A DNA stretch of 64,000 nucleotides from Abditibacterium sp. Lineage in GTDB: Bacteria; Armatimonadota; Abditibacteriia; Abditibacteriales; Abditibacteriaceae. The first letter of the stretch is position 1, and every line of letters begins with the position of its first letter. The stretch lies in assembly GCA_965246885.1 (NCBI GenBank), contig OZ251992.1:736001-800000 (forward strand), written 5' to 3'. Of the stretch, positions 47,376-57,931 are shown one piece after another. Below the pieces are notes generated by a model. It made no database searches, was not told the DNA's origin, and saw only the letters and a program-made list of their open reading frames with translations. A program made the translations under genes and the position numbers.

Positions 47376-50300
47376 TCCCGGCGCGTTCGCGCCGGTGCCG
47401 CGCCCTCGCCCCGCACCATCTCCCCCGCTTCGGCCAAGCGCACGCTCATCAGCGCCGACACCCCCGGCTCTTGTTGCGTCACGCCGTAAAGCACATCCGC
47501 CGCTTGCATCGTGCCGTTATTGTGCGTGATGACGATGAACTGCGTCGTGCCCGTGAACTCCCGCAGCAATTCCGTAAAGCGCCCGACATTGCTTTGGTCG
47601 AGCGGCGCATCCACCTCGTCCAGCACCACAAACGGCGACGGGCGCACCTTCAAGAGCGCCATCATAAACGCCAAGGCCGTCAGCGCCCGCTCGCCGCCAC
47701 TGAGCAAACCGATGTCTTGCGCCGCTTTGCCCGGCAGTTGCACGCGCAGTTCTATCCCGGTTTCAAGCAGGTTCTCCGGGCAGGTCAGCGCCAGCTTCGT
47801 CGCTCCGCCGCCCATCACGCGCACGAAGATGTCCTCAAAAGCGCCTTGCACCGCGCGGAACGTCCCAAGGAACTGCTCGCGCATGCGCCCATCTATCTCG
47901 GCAATGATGGCCTCCAACTCGCTCGCGGCGCCTTCCAAATCGTTCTTTTGCGCCGTCAGAAAGTCCAGCCGCTCTTTCACGGCGTCGTACTGCGCGACCG
48001 CGCCCATGTTGACCGGCCCCAGTTCGTCCAGTCGCGTGCGCAGTTGCTCGATTTCGCGCCTTTCTTTGCCGGGTTCCATTGGCAGGCCCTTCGCCGTGTT
48101 CGCGTCGTCTGGCTCCGTTCCAAATTCCTCGCGCAAGCGCCGCTCCATGTCGCCCACTTCGGCTTCAACTCCGGCCAAGCGCACCTCGACGCGGTGCAGT
48201 TCGTCCTCTTCCGTGTGCAACTGTTCCCGCGAAGTTTTGAGTTGCGCGCTGACCGCTTCCAATTGCCCCAACGCCGCACCGCGCCCCGTCCGCGCCGTAT
48301 TCAACTCCCCTTCGAGTTCATCCCGCCGCGCGCCGTGCGTTTCCAACCGCTCTTGCAAAGCGGCGACGCGGTTCGCCAAGCCGCCGTTTTCGCTTTGGGC
48401 GCGCTCGATTTGCGCGTCTTTGGCGCTGATTTGCCCTTCCAACGCGCGCGCCGCTTTTTCCAGTTCAGCCAATCCCCGCCGTAGCGCGTCCAACCGCTCG
48501 CCGCTTTGCGCCCACCCCTCGCGCACCCCCGCCACTTCATCGCGCACCGCTTCGCGCTCGCCGCTTTGCTCCGCGACCACTTCCGCCGCGCGCGCGACTT
48601 CCTTTTCCAACCGCGTCGCCGCTTCCTCCATGTCGCGCGCCGCTTGCTCGCCGTTCGCTTCGTGCGCGACACGCTCGGATAACTGCCCCTCCAACGCGCG
48701 CGCTTGTCCCACAACCGCTTCGGTTTGTCCCTTGATTCGCCGCACCTCGCGAGCCGCGCCCTCGACTTCCCGCTCGGCGCGCGCCACATGGTTGCCCGCC
48801 TCGCTTTCGGCACTTTGCGCCGCGCGCCACGCTTCCTGCGTTGCCGCAACCTGCGCGTTTGCGTCGGACAGCGCCGTTTCTTGGGCGGTTAACTGCTCCT
48901 CGAAGCCGTTCAAAGCCGCGCCCAATTCGTCCAGTTCCCGCTTGCGCGCGAGCAAGCCGCCCGCCCGGTGCTTGCCCGCGCCGCCGGTGATGGCGCCCGC
49001 CGGAAGCACGAGGTCGCCATCGAGCGATACCAAGCGCGCCCCCGCCTCGCAACGCGGCGCCAAGCGTAGCGCGTCTTCGAGCGTTTCCACGACCAGAAAG
49101 CGGTTCAACAAATACCCGACCGCGTCGTCGTGTTCGGGCTTGCACGATACCAGTTGCGCCGCCGACGCCACGCCCACTACACCCGGTTCACCCAGCAGGC
49201 GCAGCGTCCGCTCGCCCAAGAAAGAGGCCCGCAGCGATGCGAGCGGCAGAAAAGTCGCGCGACCGGCGCGGCGCTCCTTAAGGAAGGCGACCCCCTTGCG
49301 CGCCGCGCCGTCGTCGGGGCAAATCAGGTGGTGCACGCTCCCTCCCAGCGCGATTTCGATGGCCGTTTCAAAGCGCGGCTGAGCGCGGATGGCATCGGCA
49401 ACCGGCAGGTAGTCGGGCGGCAGTTCTCCCCGTCGCACCGCTTCCAATACGCCACGCGCCCCGCCTTGCATGCCTTCCAAGTTCTGCTCCAATTCGCGCA
49501 ACACCTTCGCGCGCGCTTGGAGGGAGGAGCGATTTTCCCGCGTCCGCGCCAATCCTTGCGCGCTGTCCCGCGCTTTGGCTTGTGCTTCTTGCCATGCGGC
49601 ACGCCGCTCTTCCGTTGCCGCGCGCGCGGCTTCCGCTCCGGCGCGTAGCGCGGCGAGAGATTCTTGCGCCGCCGTTTCTCCGCCGCGCGCCGCGAGCAGT
49701 TCCGCATGGAGATTAGCCGTCAACACGCCTAATTCCGCCAATCGCCCGCGTTCGTTTTCCATTCGCGCGCGCGCGGAAGCGGCGGCTTCTCGCATTGCTT
49801 GACCTGCGCGCAGCGTTTCCAACTGCCGCGCTTGCAACGCACCCAATGCGCGTGTCGCATCCGAAAGTTTGGCCGTCGCTTCGCCCAAGCGCGCTTCAGC
49901 CCGCGCCGCTTCGCCTGACAGAGCGCTCGCCTCGCGCGTCGCTTCCTCTAAAGCCTCGCGCGCCGCCGCAACTTCGCCTTGCACGCCTTCCAAGCGAACG
50001 CGCAATACCCCCGCTTCGCGCGCCGCGAACTCCCCGATTTCCCCCAGCGACTTCGCCCGCTCGCGCGCGACGGCCAGTTCTCCTTCGGCCCCCTTCTGCG
50101 CGCCGACCAACTCCGTCAGCCGCCCCGACAGCGCCTCGACTTCCCCTTCCAGCGCCCGCAATCGCTCGGTTCCCGACGCCTCGGCAAGTTCCAACTGCGC
50201 GATTTCCCCGCGCGCCTCGCTCACTTTACCCGCGCTTTCGTCCGCTTTGGCGCGCAGTTCCGCCACTTTCGCGGCCCGCAACGCATAATCGCGCGCCAAT

Positions 50301-50989
50301 ACCGCCAGTTGTAGCTCCCGCAACCGCGCGACGAGGCCATCATACTCCCGCGCGAGGGTCGCTTGCGCTTCGAGCGGCACCAGTTGCGCCTCCAACTCCG
50401 CCACGATGTCCCGCACGCGGGTGAGATCGGCTTCGACGCGCTCCAATTTCTTGCGCGTCTCGCTCCGGCGCGCGTGGTATTTCTGGATGCCCGCCGCGCC
50501 CTCGATTAAACCCCGCCGGTCTTCGGGCTTCGCCGACAAAATGGCGTCTATTTCGCCCTGCGAGATGATGCACAGCGTGTCCGGCCCCACGCCCGTGTCC
50601 AAAAACAAGTCCACCACGTCGCGCAAGCGGCACTTCGCTCCGCACAAGGTGTATTCGCCTTTCCCCCCGTCGCGCAGCAACACCCGCGAGACTTGCACTT
50701 CCTTATAAGGCAAGGGCAGCGCGCCGGACTCGTTGTCGAAGAACAGGTTCACTTCGGCCCGCCCCGTCGCGCGGCGGGTTTGGGTTCCGGCAAAGATAAC
50801 GTCGCTCGCGCTTTGGCCGCGTAGCGCCTTGTTCGAGCGCTCGCCCAAACACCACAAGAGCGCGTCCACGATGTTCGACTTGCCCGACCCGTTCGGCCCG
50901 ACGACGGCGGTGATGCCCGCGCCAAACTCAAGCGTCGTCTCGTCCGCAAACGATTTGAAGCCGGACAAATGAAGTCGGGAAAGTTGCAT
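47372..50989 (-). CDS. smc: Chromosome segregation protein SMC
   Basis: GFKSF, GPNGSGKSN, hinge GRATFLPL, LSGGE, LDEVDAPLD. Confidence 0.97.
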   Translation of the reverse strand: MQLSRLHLSGFKSFADETTLEFGAGITAVVGPNGSGKSNIVDALLWCLGERSNKALRGQSASDVIFAGTQTRRATGRAEVNLFFDNESGALPLPYKEVQVSRVLLRDGGKGEYTLCGAKCRLRDVVDLFLDTGVGPDTLCIISQGEIDAILSAKPEDRRGLIEGAAGIQKYHARRSETRKKLERVEADLTRVRDIVAELEAQLVPLEAQATLAREYDGLVARLRELQLAVLARDYALRAAKVAELRAKADESAGKVSEARGEIAQLELAEASGTERLRALEGEVEALSGRLTELVGAQKGAEGELAVARERAKSLGEIGEFAAREAGVLRVRLEGVQGEVAAAREALEEATREASALSGEAARAEARLGEATAKLSDATRALGALQARQLETLRAGQAMREAAASARARMENERGRLAELGVLTANLHAELLAARGGETAAQESLAALRAGAEAARAATEERRAAWQEAQAKARDSAQGLARTRENRSSLQARAKVLRELEQNLEGMQGGARGVLEAVRRGELPPDYLPVADAIRAQPRFETAIEIALGGSVHHLICPDDGAARKGVAFLKERRAGRATFLPLASLRASFLGERTLRLLGEPGVVGVASAAQLVSCKPEHDDAVGYLLNRFLVVETLEDALRLAPRCEAGARLVSLDGDLVLPAGAITGGAGKHRAGGLLARKRELDELGAALNGFEEQLTAQETALSDANAQVAATQEAWRAAQSAESEAGNHVARAEREVEGAAREVRRIKGQTEAVVGQARALEGQLSERVAHEANGEQAARDMEEAATRLEKEVARAAEVVAEQSGEREAVRDEVAGVREGWAQSGERLDALRRGLAELEKAARALEGQISAKDAQIERAQSENGGLANRVAALQERLETHGARRDELEGELNTARTGRGAALGQLEAVSAQLKTSREQLHTEEDELHRVEVRLAGVEAEVGDMERRLREEFGTEPDDANTAKGLPMEPGKERREIEQLRTRLDELGPVNMGAVAQYDAVKERLDFLTAQKNDLEGAASELEAIIAEIDGRMREQFLGTFRAVQGAFEDIFVRVMGGGATKLALTCPENLLETGIELRVQLPGKAAQDIGLLSGGERALTALAFMMALLKVRPSPFVVLDEVDAPLDQSNVGRFTELLREFTGTTQFIVITHNNGTMQAADVLYGVTQQEPGVSALMSVRLAEAGEMVRGEGAAPARTRRD

Positions 50990-51060
50990 TGCGCGCCGTG
51001 TCGGTTGCCCTCGTGCCGCCTTCTGGCATCGGGGGACAGAAGAAATTCTAACGATTTTCG

Positions 51061-51150
51061 CCGTTCGTTACCGGAAGAATACCTCCCCGCATCCCATGAT
51101 TTCCTCCCGCCATGCGACGGCGGACGTCTCTCGTCGCGCTACCGCCACTC
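51061..51150. repeat. Weak 21-bp periodic element (family B-like)
   Basis: cctccc recurs 21 bp apart; ttaccggaagaatac resembles ttcttcggaagaattac at 61683. Confidence 0.4.
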
Positions 51151-51152
51151 AT

Positions 51153-52301
51153 TTATCGCGCATCTCCCTCCCGCACGACCCAATAGAACAGCGCGCTCCC
51201 GCCACTGGGGGCGCCCTTTAAATCCGGCGGGCACGTCAGGCGCGTCCGGCCATGCGCCGTCTTCCAAAAGATGTCCGCGACGTGCGACGGCACGAACTCG
51301 ATTTGCCCATCGGAGCGCCGCGCCGCGAGTTGTGCGAAATCGCCAGTTGTCACCAACACCGCCCCCCATGCGCCCTTCGACTTCCAAAAATTCTGCACAT
51401 CGAAAGCGCTCCAGCCGCCCGTGATAGGTGGCGTTTGGGCGTTCGTCGAGCCGCGCACTCGTAACGACAACGCCACGCGCGAGGCGGCTTCTGCTTCGGG
51501 GTCGTGAACAGACAGCATCCATAATTTCGCCCCGTCGCGGCTCCAGCCGAGCGATACGCGCGAGGTCTTCGTCCAATCGGTCTTGCCGAAAGTGCCTGCT
51601 TCCATTGGGCCGGGCGCTAAATACACGGGCCACTTCCCGCCGGTGGGCGCCCCGCCCAAAGTTAAGGGAGCACCATCTTTGACGAGACATTGCACCTCGC
51701 CCGTCCCCCATGTGTATGTGCGCAGTTGCGTGGGAGAAGGCCGCAAAACTGCCTCGAAGCGCGGCGCCTTTCCATCGCGCACGCCCACCACCCACGCTTG
51801 ATCCCAGTCAATGGCTGCCGCATTGAAGTACACCGCGCCGTTGTAGATGAGGGGCGCGACGTGATGCGCCCGGTCTTTCAAGACGATGCGATTGAAGCCG
51901 AACGGCCCGCCGTTGCACGCGGCGATGATGCGCCCGCCCTTGGCTTCGTGCGTCAAAATGTAGGCGGCGTTGCGGCCCCAGTAGCGGGCGCGGTCGTCAA
52001 AGGGGTGGGGACTGTCCGAGTTTTGGTCGAATAGTTCCAAGCGCAAGCGCGGGTTGGTCTTAAAGTCGAACTCGATCAAGTCCACGTCCGTTCCATCGGC
52101 GTCGCGCGCGATGAAATGCGTCACGCCGCGCGGCCCATTCTGGGTCTTCGCGCCGACGAGGGGCCACTTCGCCAACGCTGACGGAGGAGCCAAAACAGCG
52201 ATGGTCGCAGGAGCCACAACGGGAGCGCGCGTTTTCCACACCCACACGCCTAAAACCGCGAGGGCGCCGCCCATCAGCCACAGGTAAGTTTTTTCGGACA
52301 T
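51153..52301 (-). CDS. Membrane-anchored phosphodiester glycosidase (NAGPA/DUF2233)-like protein
   Basis: N-terminal TM; IIAACNGGPF; TSRVSLG. Confidence 0.55.
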   Translation of the reverse strand: MSEKTYLWLMGGALAVLGVWVWKTRAPVVAPATIAVLAPPSALAKWPLVGAKTQNGPRGVTHFIARDADGTDVDLIEFDFKTNPRLRLELFDQNSDSPHPFDDRARYWGRNAAYILTHEAKGGRIIAACNGGPFGFNRIVLKDRAHHVAPLIYNGAVYFNAAAIDWDQAWVVGVRDGKAPRFEAVLRPSPTQLRTYTWGTGEVQCLVKDGAPLTLGGAPTGGKWPVYLAPGPMEAGTFGKTDWTKTSRVSLGWSRDGAKLWMLSVHDPEAEAASRVALSLRVRGSTNAQTPPITGGWSAFDVQNFWKSKGAWGAVLVTTGDFAQLAARRSDGQIEFVPSHVADIFWKTAHGRTRLTCPPDLKGAPSGGSALFYWVVREGDAR

Positions 52302-52369
52302 GGCGCCTCCCCCCATTGAGACGCCTTGGAGTTTCCCTGACCGCGCGCCGCCGCGCCACCCCCTTAGGG

Positions 52370-52575
52370 TGTTGCCGATGGGTTTCGCGGCGGTAAAAGT
52401 TGGGCGCGAGGGGCTATTTTTGGCATTTTACTTGAAACTTCTCGTCCGGTCTGATATTCAATAAAGGGTGGCTTTTGATTTTCCCCTGAACAAAAGCCAC
52501 TTTCTTGCGTTCTACGCTTTCTTCCTTGCCAGTCTTTTGAAGCCCGACGACCGTTTTCCGGGCCACTCGACATAG
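52370..52575. repeat. Degenerate 21-bp periodic element with internal inverted repeat
   Basis: ctttcttgc/cttccttgc 21 bp apart; ttgaa..cg.ccg motifs 105 bp apart; gtggcttttg/caaaagccac stem. Confidence 0.5.
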
Positions 52576-52730
52576 GCGTCGCACCTTGCTCGTTGTTCAA
52601 TTTGAACACCGTAACGCCGCGCGACGCTTTCCTAAGGGCGTTCGCACATCCCCGAATGAGACGCCGCCGTTGTTGGAGCGGCGCTTAAACGGACACTTGC
52701 TCCCCATCTTCCGTCTCACAAGGAGGCTGC

Positions 52731-54761
52731 ATGAGCGCCCTGTTAGAAGCCCTTTCTTCGTTTCAAAATACAAATCAATACCAAGCCTTAGCTTGGGAAG
52801 GCACGTTTTCCGACTATCTCGAACGTGTCCAAGGCGCTCCGCACCTGAGCGGAACGGCTTACCAGCGCGTGTATGACATGATCCTCTCTTACGGCACCAC
52901 CGAATACGAGGAGAACAAAGAACCCATCACGCGCTACACCTTTTTCTCCGACCCCTTCGACAATGGCCGCGACGCCGTGTTCGGTTTAGATCGCGCCTTG
53001 ATGCAATTGGTGCAGTTCTTTAAATCTGCCGCGCGCGGCTACGGAACTGAAAAGCGCGTGTTGCTACTTCATGGCCCCGTTGGAAGCGCTAAATCAACTC
53101 TTGTGCGCCTTTTGAAGAAAGGCTTGGAGGCTTACTCGCATACCGAGCACGGCGCGCTTTACACCTTCGGTTGGAAGCAACCGGACGGCACTCTTATGGC
53201 GTGTCCGATGAACGAGGAGCCGCTCCATTTGGTGCCTGCCGAACTGCGCGGACAACTTGAAGCGATGCTCAACGAGGGCATCGAAGACCCCGAAAAGCAG
53301 GTCGCCATTCGCGGCGATTTGTGCCCGATGTGCCGCTTCTTGTTCCGCGAGGAACTCAAGCGCGCCGAGGGGGATTGGGCCAAAGCGCTCGATTCCGTCG
53401 TCGTTAAGCGCCTGATTTTAAGCGAGCAAGACCGCGTCGGCATCGGCACGTTCCAGCCCAAGGACGAGAAGAATCAGGATTCTACCGAGCTAACCGGCGA
53501 CATCAACTATCGCAAGATCGCCGAATACGGTAGCGAGTCCGACCCGCGCGCTTTCAACTTCGACGGCGAATTTAACATCGCCAACCGGGGATTGATTGAG
53601 TTCGTCGAAGTGTTGAAATTGGATGTCGCCTTTCTTTACGACCTGTTAGGTGCTTCTCAAGAGCACAAGATCAAGCCCAAGCGCTTCCCGCAGACCGATA
53701 TAGACGAGGTGATTATCGGTCACACGAACTCGCCGGAGTATAAGAAGCTCCAAAACAACGAGTTTATGGAGGCGTTGCGAGATCGGACGGTAAAGATAGA
53801 CATTCCGTATAATACCCGCCTCAGCGATGAAATCCGCATCTACGAGCGGGACTACAACTCCAAGCGTATCAAAGGGAAACATATCGCTCCGCATACCCTC
53901 GAAATCGCTGCGATGTGGGCCGTCATGACTCGTTTAGAGGAACCGCATAAGGCCGACCTCAGCTTGCTCCAAAAGCTCAAGTTGTATGATGGCAAGACGT
54001 TGCCTGGATACACTGAAGACAACATCCGCGAACTTCGCACGCAGGCCAAGAACGAGGGGATGGAGGGCATTTCGCCTCGCTATGTTCAAGATAAAATCTC
54101 GAACGCGCTCGTCAGCGATATTCACGGCACTTCCATCAACCCGTTCATGGTGTTGAACGAGTTGGAAGAGGGGTTGCGCAGTCACTCGCTGATTAACTCT
54201 GAGGAAACAAAGAAGCGTTACCGCGAACTATTCGCCGTTGTCAAATCGGAATACGACGAGATCGTTAAGTCCGAGGTGCAACGTGCTATCGCTGCCGACG
54301 AAGAAGCTCTCAAACGACTCAGTGGTAACTACATAGACAACTTGAACGCTTACGTGTCCAAGCAGAAAGTCAAGAACAAATTCACTGGCGCTGACGAGAA
54401 TCCCGATGAACGTCTCATGCGCTCCGTCGAAGAGAAGATAGACATCCCCGAATCGCGTAAGGACGACTTCCGCCGCGAAATCATGAATTACATCGGTTCG
54501 ATGGCGCTACAAGGCAAGGTCTTCGCGCACGACTCTAATCCTCGCTTGCACCGCGCACTAGAACTGAAGCTGTTTGAAGATCAGAAGGATTCCATCAAAC
54601 TCACCTCCATCGTTTCCAACGTTGTGGACAAGGACACGCAAGAGAAGATAGACATCGTTAAAACCCGGCTCATCAAAGAGTTCGGTTACGATGACCAAAG
54701 CGCCAACGATGTCTTGCAATACGTCGCTTCCATCTTCGCACGCGGCGACGCGCGGAAGTAA
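52731..54761 (+). CDS. prkA: PrkA/YeaG family AAA serine protein kinase
   Basis: [41 protein letters not shown] aggagg. Confidence 0.95.
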   Translation: MSALLEALSSFQNTNQYQALAWEGTFSDYLERVQGAPHLSGTAYQRVYDMILSYGTTEYEENKEPITRYTFFSDPFDNGRDAVFGLDRALMQLVQFFKSAARGYGTEKRVLLLHGPVGSAKSTLVRLLKKGLEAYSHTEHGALYTFGWKQPDGTLMACPMNEEPLHLVPAELRGQLEAMLNEGIEDPEKQVAIRGDLCPMCRFLFREELKRAEGDWAKALDSVVVKRLILSEQDRVGIGTFQPKDEKNQDSTELTGDINYRKIAEYGSESDPRAFNFDGEFNIANRGLIEFVEVLKLDVAFLYDLLGASQEHKIKPKRFPQTDIDEVIIGHTNSPEYKKLQNNEFMEALRDRTVKIDIPYNTRLSDEIRIYERDYNSKRIKGKHIAPHTLEIAAMWAVMTRLEEPHKADLSLLQKLKLYDGKTLPGYTEDNIRELRTQAKNEGMEGISPRYVQDKISNALVSDIHGTSINPFMVLNELEEGLRSHSLINSEETKKRYRELFAVVKSEYDEIVKSEVQRAIAADEEALKRLSGNYIDNLNAYVSKQKVKNKFTGADENPDERLMRSVEEKIDIPESRKDDFRREIMNYIGSMALQGKVFAHDSNPRLHRALELKLFEDQKDSIKLTSIVSNVVDKDTQEKIDIVKTRLIKEFGYDDQSANDVLQYVASIFARGDARK

Positions 54762-54800
54762 GAACGAACTGCTTCGAGAATAGCCAAGGAGGGCTAAACA

Positions 54801-55898
54801 ATGGCTCAGAAGATAGATTCGGATGCAGCGCGGTTTCGGCAAATCGTGCGCGGCAAGATCAAGTCGCAACTCAAGGAATATATTTCCAACGGCGAAATGA
54901 TTGGCAAGAAAGGCCGCGACTTGGTTTCCATACCCGTCCCGCAGATTACCCTGCCCCAGTTCCGCTTCGGCCATAAACAAACCGGCGGTGCGGGGCAGGG
55001 CGAGGGCGATGTCGGGCAACCTCTCGGCGGCGATGGGAGTCAAAAGGGCAAAGCGGGGCAGGGCGGGGGCAAGCACATCCTCGAAGTAGACGTGTCGCTG
55101 GATGAACTCGCCCAAATGTTGGGCGAGGAACTCGAACTGCCGCGAATCGAGCCGCGCGGCAAAAAGAATATCACTCAAACCGTAGACAAATACACCGGTA
55201 TTTCCACTACTGGCCCGCAATCGCTGCGACACTTTAAACGCACCTACAAACAGGCCCTACGCCGCCAAGTGCTAACAGGCACTTACGACCCCGTTGATCC
55301 GAAAATCGTGCCGGTTAAGGAGGACACTCGCTACCGTTCTTGGAACACCGAAACCAAACCCGAAGCCAACGCTGCCATCATCTATGCGATGGATGTGTCG
55401 GGTTCGATGGGCGATGAACAAAAAGAGTTAGTCCGCATCACCGCGTTTTGGCTCGATACATGGCTGCGCTCGCAATACAAAGAACTATCGCGCGCCTATA
55501 TAGTCCATGACTCGACCGCGCGCGAGGTAGACGAGCACACCTTCTATCATACCCGCGAAGGCGGAGGGACGAAGATTAGTTCGGCATTCAAAGCGATGAA
55601 CGCGTTGATAGACGAACGCTTCCCGCCGAGCGAGTGGAATATCTACTGCTTTCACTTTTCCGACGGCGATAACTGGGAAGAGGACAACGACTTGTGCGCG
55701 ACGCTGTTGGAGGAACAAATGTTGCCCAAAGTCAATCAGTTCTCCTACGGACAAGTGACGAGTTATTGGGGGTCAGGACAGTTCTTGCAAGAGTTGACCG
55801 AAGACTTTGGAGAGGAGGAAAAGGTTGTAGCCTGTGAAATTAATGACCGCGACGAAGTTCTGGGCGCGCTCAAAACATTTTTAGGGAAAGGTAGGTGA
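54801..55898 (+). CDS. yeaH: YeaH/YhbH (DUF444) vWA-like protein
   Basis: MDVSGSM, GGTKISSA, FHFSDGDNW; position in the prkA operon. Confidence 0.92.
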   Translation: MAQKIDSDAARFRQIVRGKIKSQLKEYISNGEMIGKKGRDLVSIPVPQITLPQFRFGHKQTGGAGQGEGDVGQPLGGDGSQKGKAGQGGGKHILEVDVSLDELAQMLGEELELPRIEPRGKKNITQTVDKYTGISTTGPQSLRHFKRTYKQALRRQVLTGTYDPVDPKIVPVKEDTRYRSWNTETKPEANAAIIYAMDVSGSMGDEQKELVRITAFWLDTWLRSQYKELSRAYIVHDSTAREVDEHTFYHTREGGGTKISSAFKAMNALIDERFPPSEWNIYCFHFSDGDNWEEDNDLCATLLEEQMLPKVNQFSYGQVTSYWGSGQFLQELTEDFGEEEKVVACEINDRDEVLGALKTFLGKGR

Positions 55899-55904
55899 CG
55901 CACG

Positions 55905-57383
55905 ATGCTATCATCCAAACAAGTGCGCGATGCGCAAGAAGAAATCGAGGACTATGCCGTCGCAATGGGTTTTGACTTCTTCCCCATTGTGTATGAGATG
56001 TGCTCCCATGAGACTATTTCCGAGGTCGCGGCTTTTGGCGGCTTCCCGACGCGCTATCCGCACTGGTCGTTTGGGATGGAGTACGAGCGACTGTCCAAAG
56101 GATATGGTTACGGCTTGCAGAAGATATACGAGATGGTGATCAACACTGATCCAGTGTATGCTTATCTACTCGACACGAATCAACTCGTTGACCAGCAATT
56201 GGTGATTGCCCACGTCTGTGGGCACGCGCATTTCTTCAAGCATAACTACATGTTCGGCCCGACGAACCGGAAGATGCTAGATGAGATGGCGAATCACGCG
56301 GTGCGGGTGCGGCGCTACATGGCAAAGTATGGGGTGGATACCGTCGAGAACTTCATTGACTGCTGTCTGACAGTGGATGATTTAATAGATCAGCACGCGC
56401 CCTTTATTAAGCGACATGAAGAGGCGCCGCTTAACTCCAATGAGGATGGCGAAGAAGCGCAGATTTCGCAGCGTTTAAAGGGCGACCGCTCGTATATGCG
56501 CGACTTTATTAATCCACCCGCTTGGGTCGAAGAGCAGCGCCAAAAGGCGCGCGACGAAGCCCAAGAAGCGCGGCGCTTTCCGGGGGAGCCGCGCCGCGAT
56601 GTTTTGGAGTTTTTGTTGCATTATGCGCCGTTGGAATCTTGGCAACGGGATGTGCTGGACATAATCCGCGAGGAAGCCTATTACTTTGCTCCACAGGGGC
56701 AAACGAAGATAATGAACGAAGGGTGCGCGTGTTGGGCGCACACGCGGCTGATGACCAAGCACATTCTTAAGGCGGAAGATGTCGTGGACTACGCGGATCA
56801 TCATTCGGGAACAGTCGCCGCTCATCCGGGAAGAATCAATCCCTACCGCTTGGGATTGGCGCTTCTCAACAATATCGAGGAACGCTGGAACAAAGGGCAG
56901 TTCGGACGCGAATGGGAGGGGATAGAAGATTGGAAAACCAAGAAAGCCTTCGATAACGGCGCGATGTTTGGCAAAGAGAAGGTCTTCGAGGTTTGGAAGC
57001 ACTACAACGATGTATCGTTCCTCGACGAGTTCCTCACGCCGGAGTTCGTGGCGGAACATATGCTGTTCGGCTACGATTGGAACGACGAAACAGAAATGTA
57101 TGAGGTTGCTACACGCGACTTTCCGAAGGTGAAAGAAAAGCTGCTGTTCGGGTTATCCAATCACGGGCGCCCGTTTATCTACGTCGTGGACGGGAACTAC
57201 GAGAACCGGGGCGAACTATTGCTCCAGCATCGCTACGAGGGCATCGAACTAAATGCCGACGAAGCGACGGATGTGTTGCGCAACGTGCAAACCATTTGGG
57301 GGCGTCCCGTGCACTTGGAGACCGTGCAAAATGATCATCAAGTGATTCTGAGCTTCGATGGGCAGGTCACAATCAAAGTTTAA
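55905..57383 (+). CDS. spoVR: SpoVR/YcgB family protein
   Basis: PTRYPHWSFG, IYEMVIN, AHVCGHAHFFK, TKIMNEG. Confidence 0.94.
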   Translation: MLSSKQVRDAQEEIEDYAVAMGFDFFPIVYEMCSHETISEVAAFGGFPTRYPHWSFGMEYERLSKGYGYGLQKIYEMVINTDPVYAYLLDTNQLVDQQLVIAHVCGHAHFFKHNYMFGPTNRKMLDEMANHAVRVRRYMAKYGVDTVENFIDCCLTVDDLIDQHAPFIKRHEEAPLNSNEDGEEAQISQRLKGDRSYMRDFINPPAWVEEQRQKARDEAQEARRFPGEPRRDVLEFLLHYAPLESWQRDVLDIIREEAYYFAPQGQTKIMNEGCACWAHTRLMTKHILKAEDVVDYADHHSGTVAAHPGRINPYRLGLALLNNIEERWNKGQFGREWEGIEDWKTKKAFDNGAMFGKEKVFEVWKHYNDVSFLDEFLTPEFVAEHMLFGYDWNDETEMYEVATRDFPKVKEKLLFGLSNHGRPFIYVVDGNYENRGELLLQHRYEGIELNADEATDVLRNVQTIWGRPVHLETVQNDHQVILSFDGQVTIKV

Positions 57384-57395
57384 AGGAGGTCTGGA

Positions 57396-57908
57396 ATGTC
57401 TTTAGGAAAACGCTTAGTTCAATCGGCACAAAAAGAAGCGGCGTTGGGGAGGCCCCTGCCGCTCGAAGCGAGCGCGAGCGAAACGCTCAAGGGTGGCGCG
57501 ACCATCCACGCCCACGCGCGCTTGGTCGACGCCGATAAATACACCAAACTCACCGGCGAAGTCCGCGTTTCACTTGAAAGCACGGCCCCCAAGAGCGCTG
57601 GCTTGACGCCCCAAGAACGCGCCGAACGGTTCGCGGCGGGCGCGACGTATCTCAGCGAGGCCCTCGCGTTTGTCGAAACCGATGCGGGCGGCACGGCCAT
57701 CGTGCGCTCGACGCCCGAAACGATGACCGGGCGCCGAAGCGCTTACTACGAAGCGCAAGTCAAAGCCGACGAAGTGCGCTTGCAACGCTTTCGGGCTGCC
57801 GAGAGTGGGCCGGGGCGCGAAGCCGTTCCCTTCCCCTTGACGGACGACACCCTCGCGCGCCTTGTGGAAGACGCCGCGAGAGCGCTCAAGCCCCGCAGCG
57901 AACGATAG
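57396..57908 (+). CDS. Hypothetical protein, probable fourth gene of the prkA operon
   Basis: Strong SD aaggagg, starts 12 bp after spoVR, host-like codons. Confidence 0.7.
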   Translation: MSLGKRLVQSAQKEAALGRPLPLEASASETLKGGATIHAHARLVDADKYTKLTGEVRVSLESTAPKSAGLTPQERAERFAAGATYLSEALAFVETDAGGTAIVRSTPETMTGRRSAYYEAQVKADEVRLQRFRAAESGPGREAVPFPLTDDTLARLVEDAARALKPRSER

Positions 57909-57931
57909 TAGGGACGGCGCGAGAGAATCCG

